DNA of 64,000 nt from Deltaproteobacteria bacterium (GCA_018433775.1 JAHDQN010000005.1:10272-74271); one strand, 5' to 3'; positions 25,153 through 34,520 are shown, counted from the stretch's first letter. Notes: a model not told the origin generated them from the sequence alone. A program made the numbers and translations.

Positions 25153-25341
25153 ATGACAGGCACTGCCGGTATGCAGGAATTCCTGGGAGATATCGATTAC
25201 CCCGAGGATACGGGAGCGATCGTGAAGCATGCGCAGTCCATGGGAGCCCCTCAGGGCGTGATCGACATGCTCAGGAAACTTCCCGACAGGATGTATGGCA
25301 ATGCCGCGGAGATCAATCAGGCAATCGGGGATATCGAGTAG
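25153..25341 (+). CDS. DUF2795-like small protein, paralog 6 (62 aa, most divergent)
   Basis: MTGTAGMQEFLGDIDYPEDTGAIVKHAQSMGAPQGVIDMLRKLPDRMYGNAAEINQAIGDIE. The YP..., AP.GVIDML and LPD motifs are retained. Confidence 0.65.
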   Translation: MTGTAGMQEFLGDIDYPEDTGAIVKHAQSMGAPQGVIDMLRKLPDRMYGNAAEINQAIGDIE

Positions 25342-25474
25342 GCATTCATCGGAAGCGGAATCATGGTGAGCAGTGCCCGGATTCTCTGACGCCTCAAGGA
25401 GGGAGAGGCCTTCCGCAGACCGGCCGGCAGAAGTTCCTCCATGGCGATATCCCATGATCTTCCGAAGGAATGCT

Positions 25475-26896
25475 TCAGGGCAAGGCCGGGGCAGCGGCGC
25501 TCTTCGGGGACATCGATGTCCCGGGTATGCCCTGGTGATAATAGCCGGTCTTGAGGCGGTTCAGGTAACCGGCATTTTCCCTGGCCCATCTGCGGATGAG
25601 CATATAGCCTCCCAGACGGTATCCGGCTCTCCAGGCCCGGCCGGGCCGGTAGGCGTCGAGCACGTTCCTGACACTATAGAACCTCTTCATCTGGCGGACG
25701 ATCTCCACCTGCATCTCGTAGGCGGAGCACGTCGCGGGCTTCACCACCACGTGCATGCCGTCATAGTAGCGCCAGCACTGGTGAAGGATCCGGTCCCGGT
25801 AATCCTCGTGGCTCTGCGTGCCAGGGAAAGGGGTGAGCGCGCAGATCTGTATGGTGTCGATGTCGGTCTCCATCGCATAATCGACGATCTTTTTCACCGA
25901 ATCGAGCGTATCGTCGGGACCGACCACGAACATCCCGTGGATGCCGATGCCGTGGCAATGGAGATTGTCGATGCACCGGGGGATCACCTGCGCCTGGTGC
26001 GCCTTGCCCATCCGTTTCAGGGCGTCGTCGTCGATGGACTCGATGCCTACGTACACCGTCCGGCAGCGCGTCTTGCGCATGAGATCGAGCAGCTCATCAT
26101 CGAGGGCCGCCTTGATGGCCATCTCCCCCGACCACCTGAGCGGTACGGCGTCGCGGTCGATCATCTCCCTGAGCAGAGATTTGGCCCGGTTGGGATCGGC
26201 GCAGAAGTTGTCGTCGCCGAAGCACACGCTGCGATGGAGCAGGGGCCTGAGCTCGCTGATGACCTGCTCGTTGCTCTTGAACCGGTATTTCCGCCCGAAG
26301 ACCGCGGTCACCGTGCAGAAGGTGCACTTGTGGGGGCAGCCCCGCGAGGTCGTGATGATCGGTGGAACGCTTGCGCCGGTCATCTGGGGGCACAGGGAAA
26401 AATCCGGGGAAGGCAGGCCGGCGAAATCGACGTGCCCGCTGCTCTCCGTGATCCTCAGCGCCCCATCGGAGCGGAGAAAGGCCAGGCCTCCCACGGACTC
26501 CGGATCTCCGCCTTTTTCGATCGAATCGATCAGCGAGAGGAGGACATCCTCCCCTTCGCCCATCACGACATAGTCGCAGTGATCGAGTGCTTCCCGCGGC
26601 ATGAAGGTGGCATGGGGCCCGCCCATCACGACCGTGGTACGGCTTTCCCTGAGCGAATCGGCAAGCCGGTATGCCGACTCGATGGTGCTGGTGAGGGATC
26701 CGATTCCCACTACGTCATAGGCCCGGAGGTCATCGGCGTTGACGGGAGAGAGGGCTTCGAAAAAGATATCGCAGGCATGTCCTTGCTGCTTCAGCACGGC
26801 CCCCATGGTGGGGATGCCCACCCTCGGGAGGTATGTTCTGCTGAAGATATGCGTTGACGGAGTCCCTGATTCAACAAGTGCTATTCTCAAGCCCAT
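25475..26896 (-). CDS. B12-binding-domain radical SAM protein (class B radical SAM)
   Basis: N-terminal cobalamin-binding-like Rossmann region (..YDVVGIGSLTSTIESA.., DYVVMGEGE). Radical-SAM cluster motif CPHKCTFC. There is a C-terminal extension. Confidence 0.75.
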   Translation of the reverse strand: MGLRIALVESGTPSTHIFSRTYLPRVGIPTMGAVLKQQGHACDIFFEALSPVNADDLRAYDVVGIGSLTSTIESAYRLADSLRESRTTVVMGGPHATFMPREALDHCDYVVMGEGEDVLLSLIDSIEKGGDPESVGGLAFLRSDGALRITESSGHVDFAGLPSPDFSLCPQMTGASVPPIITTSRGCPHKCTFCTVTAVFGRKYRFKSNEQVISELRPLLHRSVCFGDDNFCADPNRAKSLLREMIDRDAVPLRWSGEMAIKAALDDELLDLMRKTRCRTVYVGIESIDDDALKRMGKAHQAQVIPRCIDNLHCHGIGIHGMFVVGPDDTLDSVKKIVDYAMETDIDTIQICALTPFPGTQSHEDYRDRILHQCWRYYDGMHVVVKPATCSAYEMQVEIVRQMKRFYSVRNVLDAYRPGRAWRAGYRLGGYMLIRRWARENAGYLNRLKTGYYHQGIPGTSMSPKSAAAPALP

Positions 26897-27138
26897 AACG
26901 AAGCGCTCCTTTCATTCATTATTCCACTTCAAGGACAGGCGTTTTCACCTTAACATGCAGGGGTGGAATAGCAATCCCTTTGCTCTTTTTTTACGTTTCC
27001 CGCGGGGAAGGGGCTGTATGGCCTTTTTAAGGCAAGGGATCTCTTAGAAGAGCCGCGGTTTTTGTTTTTCGTCCTTGTGGGAATTCTTGGAGAGGTTATA
27101 AGGGAGTACAGGCGAGTTTCATGAAACAGGAGGGAAAA

Positions 27139-28731
27139 ATGTCCGGAGTCTTTGCCCTGATGCTCCACGCCCACATACCCTACTGCCGGAAGTCCGGCAC
27201 CTGGCCTGCAGGCGAGGAATGGCTGTTCGAGGCCATGATCGAGACCTATATCCCGCTGCTCGGGTCTCTGCGCGCGCTGCATCTCGAGGGAATCCGGCCC
27301 GGGGTGATGATCGGGCTGGTGCCCGTGCTCATGGAGCAGCTTGCGGACGAATACCTGAAGGACCGCTTCTGCGAATACATGGAAGACCGGATCCGCCGCG
27401 CCCGGAGTGACATCGAGCGCTTCCGCGGTGATCAGGCCAGGCAGGCGGTGGCCGGATACTGGCTTGAAACCTTTGAAGAGAATTACCGGCTCTGGCGTGG
27501 CGAATTCCACCGCGATATCCTGGGCACCCTTCGGTGGCTCCAGGACGAGCGGGCGGTGGAGGTGCTGACCTCCGCGGCCACGCACGCCTTTCTCCCGCTG
27601 CTGGAGCACGACAGCGCGGTCTTCTCCCAGGTGCGCACCGGCATCCGCACCTATGAAAAATATTTCGGCCGCAGGCCCCGCGGGTTCTGGCTTCCCGAAT
27701 GCGCCTATCGGGGCCCGGAATACTCGGGCAGAGAGCGGCGCATGCGGGCCGGTATCGACGATTGGCTCGCCGCGGAGGACATCGGGTTTTTCTTTGTGGA
27801 GAGCATCGGCATCACCAGGGCCGCGCTCGTGGAGAACCGCCGTGGAGAGACGTCCCCCGACACCTGCCGGGGCTATCGCCTGCCCTCCGGGGTGTCGGTG
27901 TTCGGGAGAAACGAGGCCACGGGCAAGCAGGTCTGGTCGCCTGACCAGGGTTATCCGGGCGATCCATTCTACCTGGAGTTTCATCAGAAAGACCCCGAGT
28001 CGGGGCTGCACTACCTGCGGGTCACCGGCGGGCCGGAGAAGCTGGTCTACGACGTTCAAGCAGCCGGGGAACGCGTGAAGACCCATGCGGAGCACTTCGT
28101 CTCCCTCCTGGAGAGCATCTCCCGACGGGCCGATGTTCCGGAGGCCGAGCCGGTCATCGTGTCCCCGTACGACTGCGAGCTCTTCGGCCACTGGTGGCAC
28201 GAGGGCGTGGCCTGGCTCGAGCAGGTCTGGCGCCTGCTCGCCCGCAAGGGCACGGTGGAGCACAGACCCCTGGGAGAGTACATCGACCGGTACGGGGGCG
28301 GTTTTTCCACCATCACCATGGAGCCGAGCACCTGGGGCCTGAACGCGGACTTTACGGTCTGGCTCAACCCCGAGCACGGCTGGATCTGGCCCTACCTCAA
28401 TTCGAGCGCCTCCCAGATGGAGCAGATCCTCGAACAGGCCGCTCCGGGCGACGAGCGCGATCATCGCATCCTGCGTCAGATGGGAAGGGAGCTCCTCCTC
28501 ATGGAGGGGAGCGACTGGCCTTTCCTGCTCTACACCCTGCAGGCGAAGGAATATGCCAACCAGCGCTTCCATCACCACCACCAGCGCTTCCTCAAGCTCG
28601 TCTGGGCTGCAAAGGACCTGCGGGACAGGGGCCGGATCTCAGATGACGAGCTGGGCCGGATGGAGGAGATCGACTGCCCGTGGCAGGACCTTGAGTACGA
28701 TCTTTTCCGTCATCGAGGCGGTCCGTCCTGA
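27139..28731 (+). CDS. Glycoside hydrolase family 57 protein (1,4-alpha-glucan branching-enzyme-like, with DUF1957-type C-terminal domain)
   Basis: RBS AGGAGGG lies 5 nt before ATG 27139. The GH57 hallmark HAHIPY (HxHxPY) is present. Motifs WLPECAY and SPYDCELFGHWWHEG. The track start 27121 is also possible. Confidence 0.7.
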   Translation: MSGVFALMLHAHIPYCRKSGTWPAGEEWLFEAMIETYIPLLGSLRALHLEGIRPGVMIGLVPVLMEQLADEYLKDRFCEYMEDRIRRARSDIERFRGDQARQAVAGYWLETFEENYRLWRGEFHRDILGTLRWLQDERAVEVLTSAATHAFLPLLEHDSAVFSQVRTGIRTYEKYFGRRPRGFWLPECAYRGPEYSGRERRMRAGIDDWLAAEDIGFFFVESIGITRAALVENRRGETSPDTCRGYRLPSGVSVFGRNEATGKQVWSPDQGYPGDPFYLEFHQKDPESGLHYLRVTGGPEKLVYDVQAAGERVKTHAEHFVSLLESISRRADVPEAEPVIVSPYDCELFGHWWHEGVAWLEQVWRLLARKGTVEHRPLGEYIDRYGGGFSTITMEPSTWGLNADFTVWLNPEHGWIWPYLNSSASQMEQILEQAAPGDERDHRILRQMGRELLLMEGSDWPFLLYTLQAKEYANQRFHHHHQRFLKLVWAAKDLRDRGRISDDELGRMEEIDCPWQDLEYDLFRHRGGPS

Positions 28732-28951
28732 CCGCTATGCAGCAATTTCGGGGCATGTCCCTTCTTCAGTCCGAGCCGGGAGGAGCGCCCAATCCCTCAA
28801 GGCCCTGATGCCTCTTGCGTCCCGAGGCAGGGAGGCCCACCCATACCACCGGCAAAACGTGAGTCCGAGGCGAAACCCGCGGGCGAAGGATCTATTCGGC
28901 CGGGCAAAAATCTGTGGTGCAGGTCGTCACAGAGGCCGCCTGCAATGTCTC

Positions 28952-29878
28952 TCAGGCATGAGCGGGCCGGGAAGGGGCCTTCCCGGCAGGGACCTCTCCG
29001 GTGCTCAGGCTTGCGCCTGGTATCGCATCCAGAAGCTGTTCCCTGGAAACCGACCCCCGGGCATAGCCGTACGTCGCAAGCATCATGGCGAGCGCCATGC
29101 CCCGGGCGCGGGCGAAGAGGGTGTTCAGGGACACCCGCTTCCCGCTGCGGGTTTTGCCGTCGTAGCAGCCGAGAGGATCCTGCAGACAGCCGTCGTCGCT
29201 GCCGATGTCCGCGTAGAACAGGGAAAGCACCTCCTGTTGGCGGACGATGCCCAGCCCGTAGAGCAGCCTGACCGAGGCATACGCGGTCCGGCTCGCAAAG
29301 AGCCGGTTGATGAGGAGCTGCTTGAAGAGCGTGATCTCGAGCGCTCGTCTGGATACGGAAAACCTGCTGACGATAAAGTCTTCGTACGCCAGCCCCCGGA
29401 TGATCCCCGGACTGGTGAGGCGGTAGATGCGCAGGCGGTTGTCGATGCGCATGTCGATGCAGGTCTCGATCCTCCGGTGCAGATATGCGGAGCGGCTTCT
29501 CCGCACCGGGTCTTCGTCGTAGTAGTCTCCGGCAAGTGCGTTGACCACCGGGTGGAACACGATGTCAAGCGCGCAGTGGGTGACGTAGCCCAGGGCAAAG
29601 GCGATGTCGTGCATGCCGCGCGCATGATCGAGCACGCTGAGAACGGCCTCGTTGGTGAGGGCGCCGCCCTTGCCGTGGAGGGTCTCCGAGATATCGGAGA
29701 GGGCGCGGTCCGAGGCATAGAAGAAGGTGTCCGGGATAAACGACCCCAGATAGTATCGGCCCATGTGCCCGGACACGTCCCGCAGCAGCTGCGGGTCAGG
29801 CACGTGGTGCAGCGTCTCCTGGGCGAACCAGAGATGCGTGTTCTCCTTCGGCATGGCGGTCTTTCCCCTGTTATTCAT
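28952..29878 (-). CDS. Hypothetical protein, possibly zinc-dependent phospholipase C-like (H-L-W... His-rich N-terminus)
   Basis: MPKENTHLWFAQETLHHV resembles the HxW zinc-ligand start of PLC/P1-nuclease-type folds. The assignment is tentative. The opposing 462-aa plus-strand ORF has a low-complexity translation and was rejected. Confidence 0.4.
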   Translation of the reverse strand: MNNRGKTAMPKENTHLWFAQETLHHVPDPQLLRDVSGHMGRYYLGSFIPDTFFYASDRALSDISETLHGKGGALTNEAVLSVLDHARGMHDIAFALGYVTHCALDIVFHPVVNALAGDYYDEDPVRRSRSAYLHRRIETCIDMRIDNRLRIYRLTSPGIIRGLAYEDFIVSRFSVSRRALEITLFKQLLINRLFASRTAYASVRLLYGLGIVRQQEVLSLFYADIGSDDGCLQDPLGCYDGKTRSGKRVSLNTLFARARGMALAMMLATYGYARGSVSREQLLDAIPGASLSTGEVPAGKAPSRPAHA

Positions 29879-30014
29879 TATACGGGCAAAGGGGGTGGGT
29901 GTAAACTGCCCCGTGAATCTCCCATGCTGAAAAAGAATTGACGGGTTTCGGGAAACATGGAATCAATAATGGAGTACTTGAGATGAACCCTTATTTCTGT
30001 CCGAGGAGAGTTGC

Positions 30015-31499
30015 ATGGAATCCGTTATCACTGAATCTGCCCGAGACGCCTTTGACCGCATTTTTCACCCCCGGAGTGTGGCGATCGTCGGGGTATCGGC
30101 CCGGGGGAACGTCTTCGGCACCGGAATACTGAGCGCCTTGAAGGCAATCGGATTCGAGGGAAGGCTTTATGCGGTGAACCCCAAGGGCGGCGAGTACAAC
30201 GGGATGAAGATCTATACCGGACTGAGCGAGATACCCGAGCCGATCGATTTCGCCATTATTGCGGTGCCTGCCGAGCGTGTGCCCCAGGCCCTCGAAGAGT
30301 GCAGGCTCGTGGGCGTGGCCGGTGCGGAGATCCTTTCGGCCGGGTTCTCCGAGCTGGGCACCGAGGCGGGGTCCCGCCTCGAACAGGAGATCAGGGACAT
30401 CGCCTCCCGCGGCATCAGGGTGGTCGGACCGAACTGTTTCGGCATCTACTGTCCCTTGAGCGGCCTCACCCTCCTTCCCGGACCGGACCTCTCCCGGAAG
30501 AGCGGGCCCGTGGGCTTCGTGTCCCAGAGCGGAGGCATGTCCATCGACTTCGCCCATATCGGCAAGTGGATGGGGATCGGGTTTTCCAAGGTGGTGAGCT
30601 TCGGCAACGGCGCCGACCTGAGAGAAATCGAGCTGCTGGAATATCTCGGCAGCGACCCTGAAACCCGGGTGATCGCCATGTATATCGAAGGCGTCAAGGA
30701 TGGCAGGCGGTTTTTCCGGGTTCTGAAGGAGGTTGCCGCGAGAAAGCCGGTGATCGTCAACAAGGGAGGGCTCACCGAGGCGGGCGCCAGGGCGGTGGAG
30801 AGCCATACCGCATCCATGGGCGGCAGCAAACGCATCTGGGAGGCCGTACTGAGACAGGCAGGGGCCGTGCAGGTGGGAGACCTCTGGGAGATGGCCCAGA
30901 CATGTCTGGCCTTTTCCCTGCTGCCGCCCCGGGTGTACGGGCACATCACCGTGGCCGGAGGAGGCGGGGCCTTAGGCGTGAGTGCATGCGATGAGGCCGA
31001 GCGCTACGGCCTGAGCATCCCCCCGCTCGATCCTGAAATAACCGAAGCCATTCTCCAGCACCTGCCCAGGCCCGGATCCAGTGCCAAGAACCCCATCGAC
31101 GCGGCCAACCCCTTCGTGGGTCCACAGGCCTACCGGGAGGTCTTCCTCAATGCGGCCGGAGATCCCCGGGTGGACGTCCAGATTCTCATCCAGCTCCTCC
31201 ACCACTACAAGTCCCTGTCATCGGCAATGGGCCTGACGTCCCCCAAGGAGGTCGCGCCCTACCGGCAGCTGGCCGACGGGATGAAAGAGGTGGCAGATAT
31301 CACCGGCAAACCCCTCATGCTGGTGCTTCCCGACTTCAAGCAGGGTATGGAGTCCATGGACATCGAGGAGATGATCCGGGAGGCCAGGGGCATATTCCTG
31401 GACAGGGGCATCCCGGTGTTCGACGACCTGGGCGACTGCCTGAGGGCTCTCGGCCATGTCTCGCGATACTATGCAGTGAGAAAGGCGAGGGGGCTGTAG
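30015..31499 (+). CDS. ADP-forming acyl-CoA synthetase alpha-like / CoA-binding-domain protein (paralog A)
   Basis: CoA-binding Rossmann motif PRSVAIVGVSARGNVFGTGIL. Ligase-CoA domain GIRVVGPNCFGIYCP. The phospho-His loop region reads VSQSGGMSIDFAHIGKWMGIGFSKVVSFGN, with an Ile in place of the Gly of the canonical GHAGA loop. No ATP-grasp beta subunit lies nearby. Confidence 0.65.
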   Translation: MESVITESARDAFDRIFHPRSVAIVGVSARGNVFGTGILSALKAIGFEGRLYAVNPKGGEYNGMKIYTGLSEIPEPIDFAIIAVPAERVPQALEECRLVGVAGAEILSAGFSELGTEAGSRLEQEIRDIASRGIRVVGPNCFGIYCPLSGLTLLPGPDLSRKSGPVGFVSQSGGMSIDFAHIGKWMGIGFSKVVSFGNGADLREIELLEYLGSDPETRVIAMYIEGVKDGRRFFRVLKEVAARKPVIVNKGGLTEAGARAVESHTASMGGSKRIWEAVLRQAGAVQVGDLWEMAQTCLAFSLLPPRVYGHITVAGGGGALGVSACDEAERYGLSIPPLDPEITEAILQHLPRPGSSAKNPIDAANPFVGPQAYREVFLNAAGDPRVDVQILIQLLHHYKSLSSAMGLTSPKEVAPYRQLADGMKEVADITGKPLMLVLPDFKQGMESMDIEEMIREARGIFLDRGIPVFDDLGDCLRALGHVSRYYAVRKARGL

Positions 31500-31762
31500 A
31501 TCGAGGGCGGCAGACCGGGAGGGAAAGCGAAAGAGGACAGCCGGGAGCGCAGCAGGGGTCCGGCACGGGCAAGTCAGGGACGGAGAAGCGCCGATTCCTT
31601 GCCGGACTGGCAATAAACCGCACCGGGCCTTTTCCTCCACCAGGACGGCAACCCTCGGATATGCAGGGCAGCACCGGCTCGTTCCCGCCGTATTCTCAGC
31701 GCTCTTCTCACGGTAAGACGGTCATGTCAAAACAAATGCCTCAGGGTTGTAAGACAGGTATA

Positions 31763-31802
31763 TTGACATATATTTTCAGGCATGATATTTTATTATAAAA
31801 TA
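31763..31802 (+). promoter_or_regulatory. AT-rich promoter plus operator candidate for the PadR gene: TTGACA (31763-31768), 17-bp spacer, TATTTT (31786-31791), overlapped by the perfect inverted repeat TATTTTAT-T-ATAAAATA (31786-31802)
   Basis: Read directly in the sequence. The consensus -35 has ideal spacing. An 8-bp inverted repeat overlapping the -10 is a typical autorepressor geometry. Confidence 0.45.
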
Positions 31803-31853
31803 TAGTTAATAAAACTAACTGAAAAAACAGCACAGAACGGAGACTCTCCATCC

Positions 31854-32363
31854 ATGGACACTGATCAGATCATTCTCGGCTTCCTCATGTCCGGACCGAA
31901 AAGCGGCTACAAGATCAAAAACATCACCGGCAGGCTGATGATGGCCTACAACCTGAGCCTCAACCAGATCTACCCCGCGCTTCGAAAGCTCGAGGCAGCG
32001 GATCTGGTGCGCAAAGAGGTGGTCATCCAGACGGGCAAACCCAATAAGCACGTGTATTCCATCACCGAGAAGGGAAGGAAGGGATTCCTGAAATCCCTGG
32101 TTTCGCCGCCCATCCCGGTGGATTACCAGCTCGATTTTCTCACCAGGGCGTTCTTTTTCCGGTTTCTCACCCGCGAGCAGATCATCGAGCAGTTCGAGAA
32201 CGAGATCGGCTCGCTGGAAGAGCAGCTGGAGGACCTGGGACACATGAAGGACGACGCGGAGCAGGCAGGCGATGAAAACGGCCAGTTCATCTACCGGGTC
32301 ATCGTGGGAATGATCGAGATGCTCAGGGACGTGTATCGCAGCGAGCTGGAGAGAAGGAAGTAA
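31854..32363 (+). CDS. PadR-family transcriptional regulator
   Basis: ILGFLMSGPKSGYKIKNI...LSLNQIYPALRKLEAADLVRKE is a typical PadR winged helix. There is a C-terminal coiled-coil. Confidence 0.75.
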   Translation: MDTDQIILGFLMSGPKSGYKIKNITGRLMMAYNLSLNQIYPALRKLEAADLVRKEVVIQTGKPNKHVYSITEKGRKGFLKSLVSPPIPVDYQLDFLTRAFFFRFLTREQIIEQFENEIGSLEEQLEDLGHMKDDAEQAGDENGQFIYRVIVGMIEMLRDVYRSELERRK

Positions 32364-32389
32364 TCGTAAGAACAGCTGCCCGGGAAAGC

Positions 32390-33877
32390 ATGGAGGGGCT
32401 TCCGGCCTGGAAAAGCCGGATAAAGACATCAGAGATGGGTGGTGCTATGCATACTTTTTTTCATCCCGAATCCGTTGCCGTCATAGGGGCGTCGAACTCA
32501 CCTTTTAACCTGGGGGCCACCATCTGCAGGGCCTTGAACGAGATCTCCCCGTGGGGCGGGGCCGTCTGCGCCGTGAACCGCAAGGGCGAGACCGTGCACG
32601 GGTGCCCGGGCTATGTTGCCGTGACGGATATCCCGCAGGAAATCGATCTGGCGGTGATCATCACCCCGGCAGCCGTGGTTCCGCAGTTCGTGGAGCAGTG
32701 TGCGGAAAAAGGCATCAGGCACGTGATCATCGAAAGCTCGGGGTTCTCGGAGGGGGGCGAGCAGGGCAGGGCCATGCAGCGCCGGATCGATGAGACCGCG
32801 CGAACGCACGGCATGCGGATCATGGGCCCCAACTGCCTGGGCGTGCTCAACACCCGGAATCAGTTCTGCTGCTTCTACGGCATCCAGGCAGACGATTTCC
32901 ACACCTTTGCCCAGGAGAGCGGTGCGGTCTCCTACATCATCCAGAGCGGCGGGATCGTGGTGATCGTGCTGGAGTCGTTCACCACGGACGTGGTCAAGGC
33001 CAACAAGATCGTGAGCATCGGCAACAAATCGGACATCGACGAGGCCGACGTGCTGGAGTACTTCGACCGGGACGAGTCCACCGAGGTCATCGGCATGTAC
33101 CTCGAGAACATCAAGGACGGCAGGAAGTTCATCGAGACGGCCCGGAGGGTGAGAAAGCCCATCCTGGTCTTCAAGGTCGGAAGGACCGGCGAGGGCGCGC
33201 GGGCCGCCATGTCGCACACCGCGGGCATGGCAAACAACGACGACATCTTCGACAATGCGTGCACTCAGGCGGGTGTCATCCGGGTGAACTCCATCTCCGA
33301 GCTCCATGCCATGCCCAAGATTTTCACGCACATGCCGCCTCTGAAGGGCAGGAGGATCGCGGTGTTCACCAACTCGGGCGCCTTCGGCGGCATCACCGCC
33401 GATCTGCTGGTGCAGGCAGGCCTGGAGATGGCCCGCCTCTCGCCCGCCACCCAGGAGAAGCTGAGCAGGACGGGCCAGATCTTCAACGTGGCGAACCCCA
33501 TCGACCTGGGCCCGGCCCTTTCCATGCAGACCTTTCTGGAGATTTTCGACATCCTGCTTTCATCCGGCGAGGTGGACGGGCTCCTGCCGGTGCCGAGCCT
33601 CTGGCACCCCATGGTGATCGACGCCATTGTCGAGCTGGTGAAGAAATGCCATGAATACGGCAAGCCTGCCGCGATCTATACGCCCAATGCCGTGCACAAG
33701 ACCGTGACCTACCGGCAGAAGTACCAGGTGCCGATCTTCGAGTCGCCCGAGGAGGCGGTCCGGGCGCTGCAGGTCTCCTACCGGCAATACCGCTATGGAG
33801 AGATGAAGGACGCGCTCCGGAACCTGTCAGGTGCCGGGCATCGGGAAGAGCACCTGGTCGCCCAGGGCGCGCTCTGA
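32390..33877 (+). CDS. ADP-forming acyl-CoA synthetase alpha-like / CoA-binding-domain protein (paralog B)
   Basis: PESVAVIGASNSPFNLGATI, GMRIMGPNCLGVLN, IQSGGIVVIV. The architecture is the same as the 30015-31499 gene. The start could be ATG 32447 (MHTFFHPESV...). Confidence 0.65.
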   Translation: MEGLPAWKSRIKTSEMGGAMHTFFHPESVAVIGASNSPFNLGATICRALNEISPWGGAVCAVNRKGETVHGCPGYVAVTDIPQEIDLAVIITPAAVVPQFVEQCAEKGIRHVIIESSGFSEGGEQGRAMQRRIDETARTHGMRIMGPNCLGVLNTRNQFCCFYGIQADDFHTFAQESGAVSYIIQSGGIVVIVLESFTTDVVKANKIVSIGNKSDIDEADVLEYFDRDESTEVIGMYLENIKDGRKFIETARRVRKPILVFKVGRTGEGARAAMSHTAGMANNDDIFDNACTQAGVIRVNSISELHAMPKIFTHMPPLKGRRIAVFTNSGAFGGITADLLVQAGLEMARLSPATQEKLSRTGQIFNVANPIDLGPALSMQTFLEIFDILLSSGEVDGLLPVPSLWHPMVIDAIVELVKKCHEYGKPAAIYTPNAVHKTVTYRQKYQVPIFESPEEAVRALQVSYRQYRYGEMKDALRNLSGAGHREEHLVAQGAL

Positions 33878-34037
33878 GGAGGCCTGGCTCGACGGATTGC
33901 CCTGCAGAGGGATGGAGCGGCCGGTTCCACGGGAAAGACGGCGCTTCGCCGCACGGCCGAAGGCGCCCTCGAGCGCGATCAGGCCCGGCCACCGCTCGTT
34001 ATCAGGCCTCTCGGGAACGAACCTGTTACAGACTGTG

Positions 34038-34520
34038 TCAGGACGTGGTCCGCTTTTTCGTCTCCGGGGCGGGGATGATGGTCCTGAGGATATCCTCCTT
34101 GCCGACGATACCCACGAGCCTGTCGTCTTCATCCACCACCGGGATGGTGTGGATCTTTTTATCCACCATGATCGTCGCGATATCCTCCACCGGCGTGTCG
34201 GGATGAACGCACACAGGGTCGGGGGTCATGGCGTGCTCGACCGTGGTGGCCGCGATTTTCTCCAGCTCCTTTTCCACCTGTCCGCTGGAGTGCAGGGGAA
34301 TGAGCGCGTCGAGCACCATGAAGTACGAGGGCAGGGGGATCTTCTTCTGCTGGGTGACGAGATCGTCCTGGCTGAGAATGCCCACGATGGCGCCGCTTTC
34401 GTTCACCACCGGGGCCCCGTTGATATGGTTGTCCATGAGAACCCCGGCTGCAGTGACGATCTCCATGCCGGGTGTAAGGGTGATGACCGCTGTGGACATG
34501 ATGTCTTTTGCCGTGAGCAT
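34038..34520 (-). CDS. CBS-domain-pair protein
   Basis: Start at comp 34520 with a GAAGGAGG RBS. Two CBS modules (MLTAKDIMSTAVITL...GAPVVNESGAIVGILSQDDL; VEHAMTPDPVCVHPDT...TIPVVDEDDRLVGIVGKEDIL). Confidence 0.7.
   Translation of the reverse strand: MLTAKDIMSTAVITLTPGMEIVTAAGVLMDNHINGAPVVNESGAIVGILSQDDLVTQQKKIPLPSYFMVLDALIPLHSSGQVEKELEKIAATTVEHAMTPDPVCVHPDTPVEDIATIMVDKKIHTIPVVDEDDRLVGIVGKEDILRTIIPAPETKKRTTS

Noticed and set aside
26950-28581. 543-aa minus-strand ORF
   Set aside because: It is antisense to the GH57 gene, which carries HAHIPY. It is a shadow ORF.
28553-29941. 462-aa plus-strand ORF
   Set aside because: Its translation is extremely low-complexity (Ser/Thr/Arg/Gly runs). The opposing 308-aa ORF has protein-like composition and an HLW zinc-site-like N-terminus.
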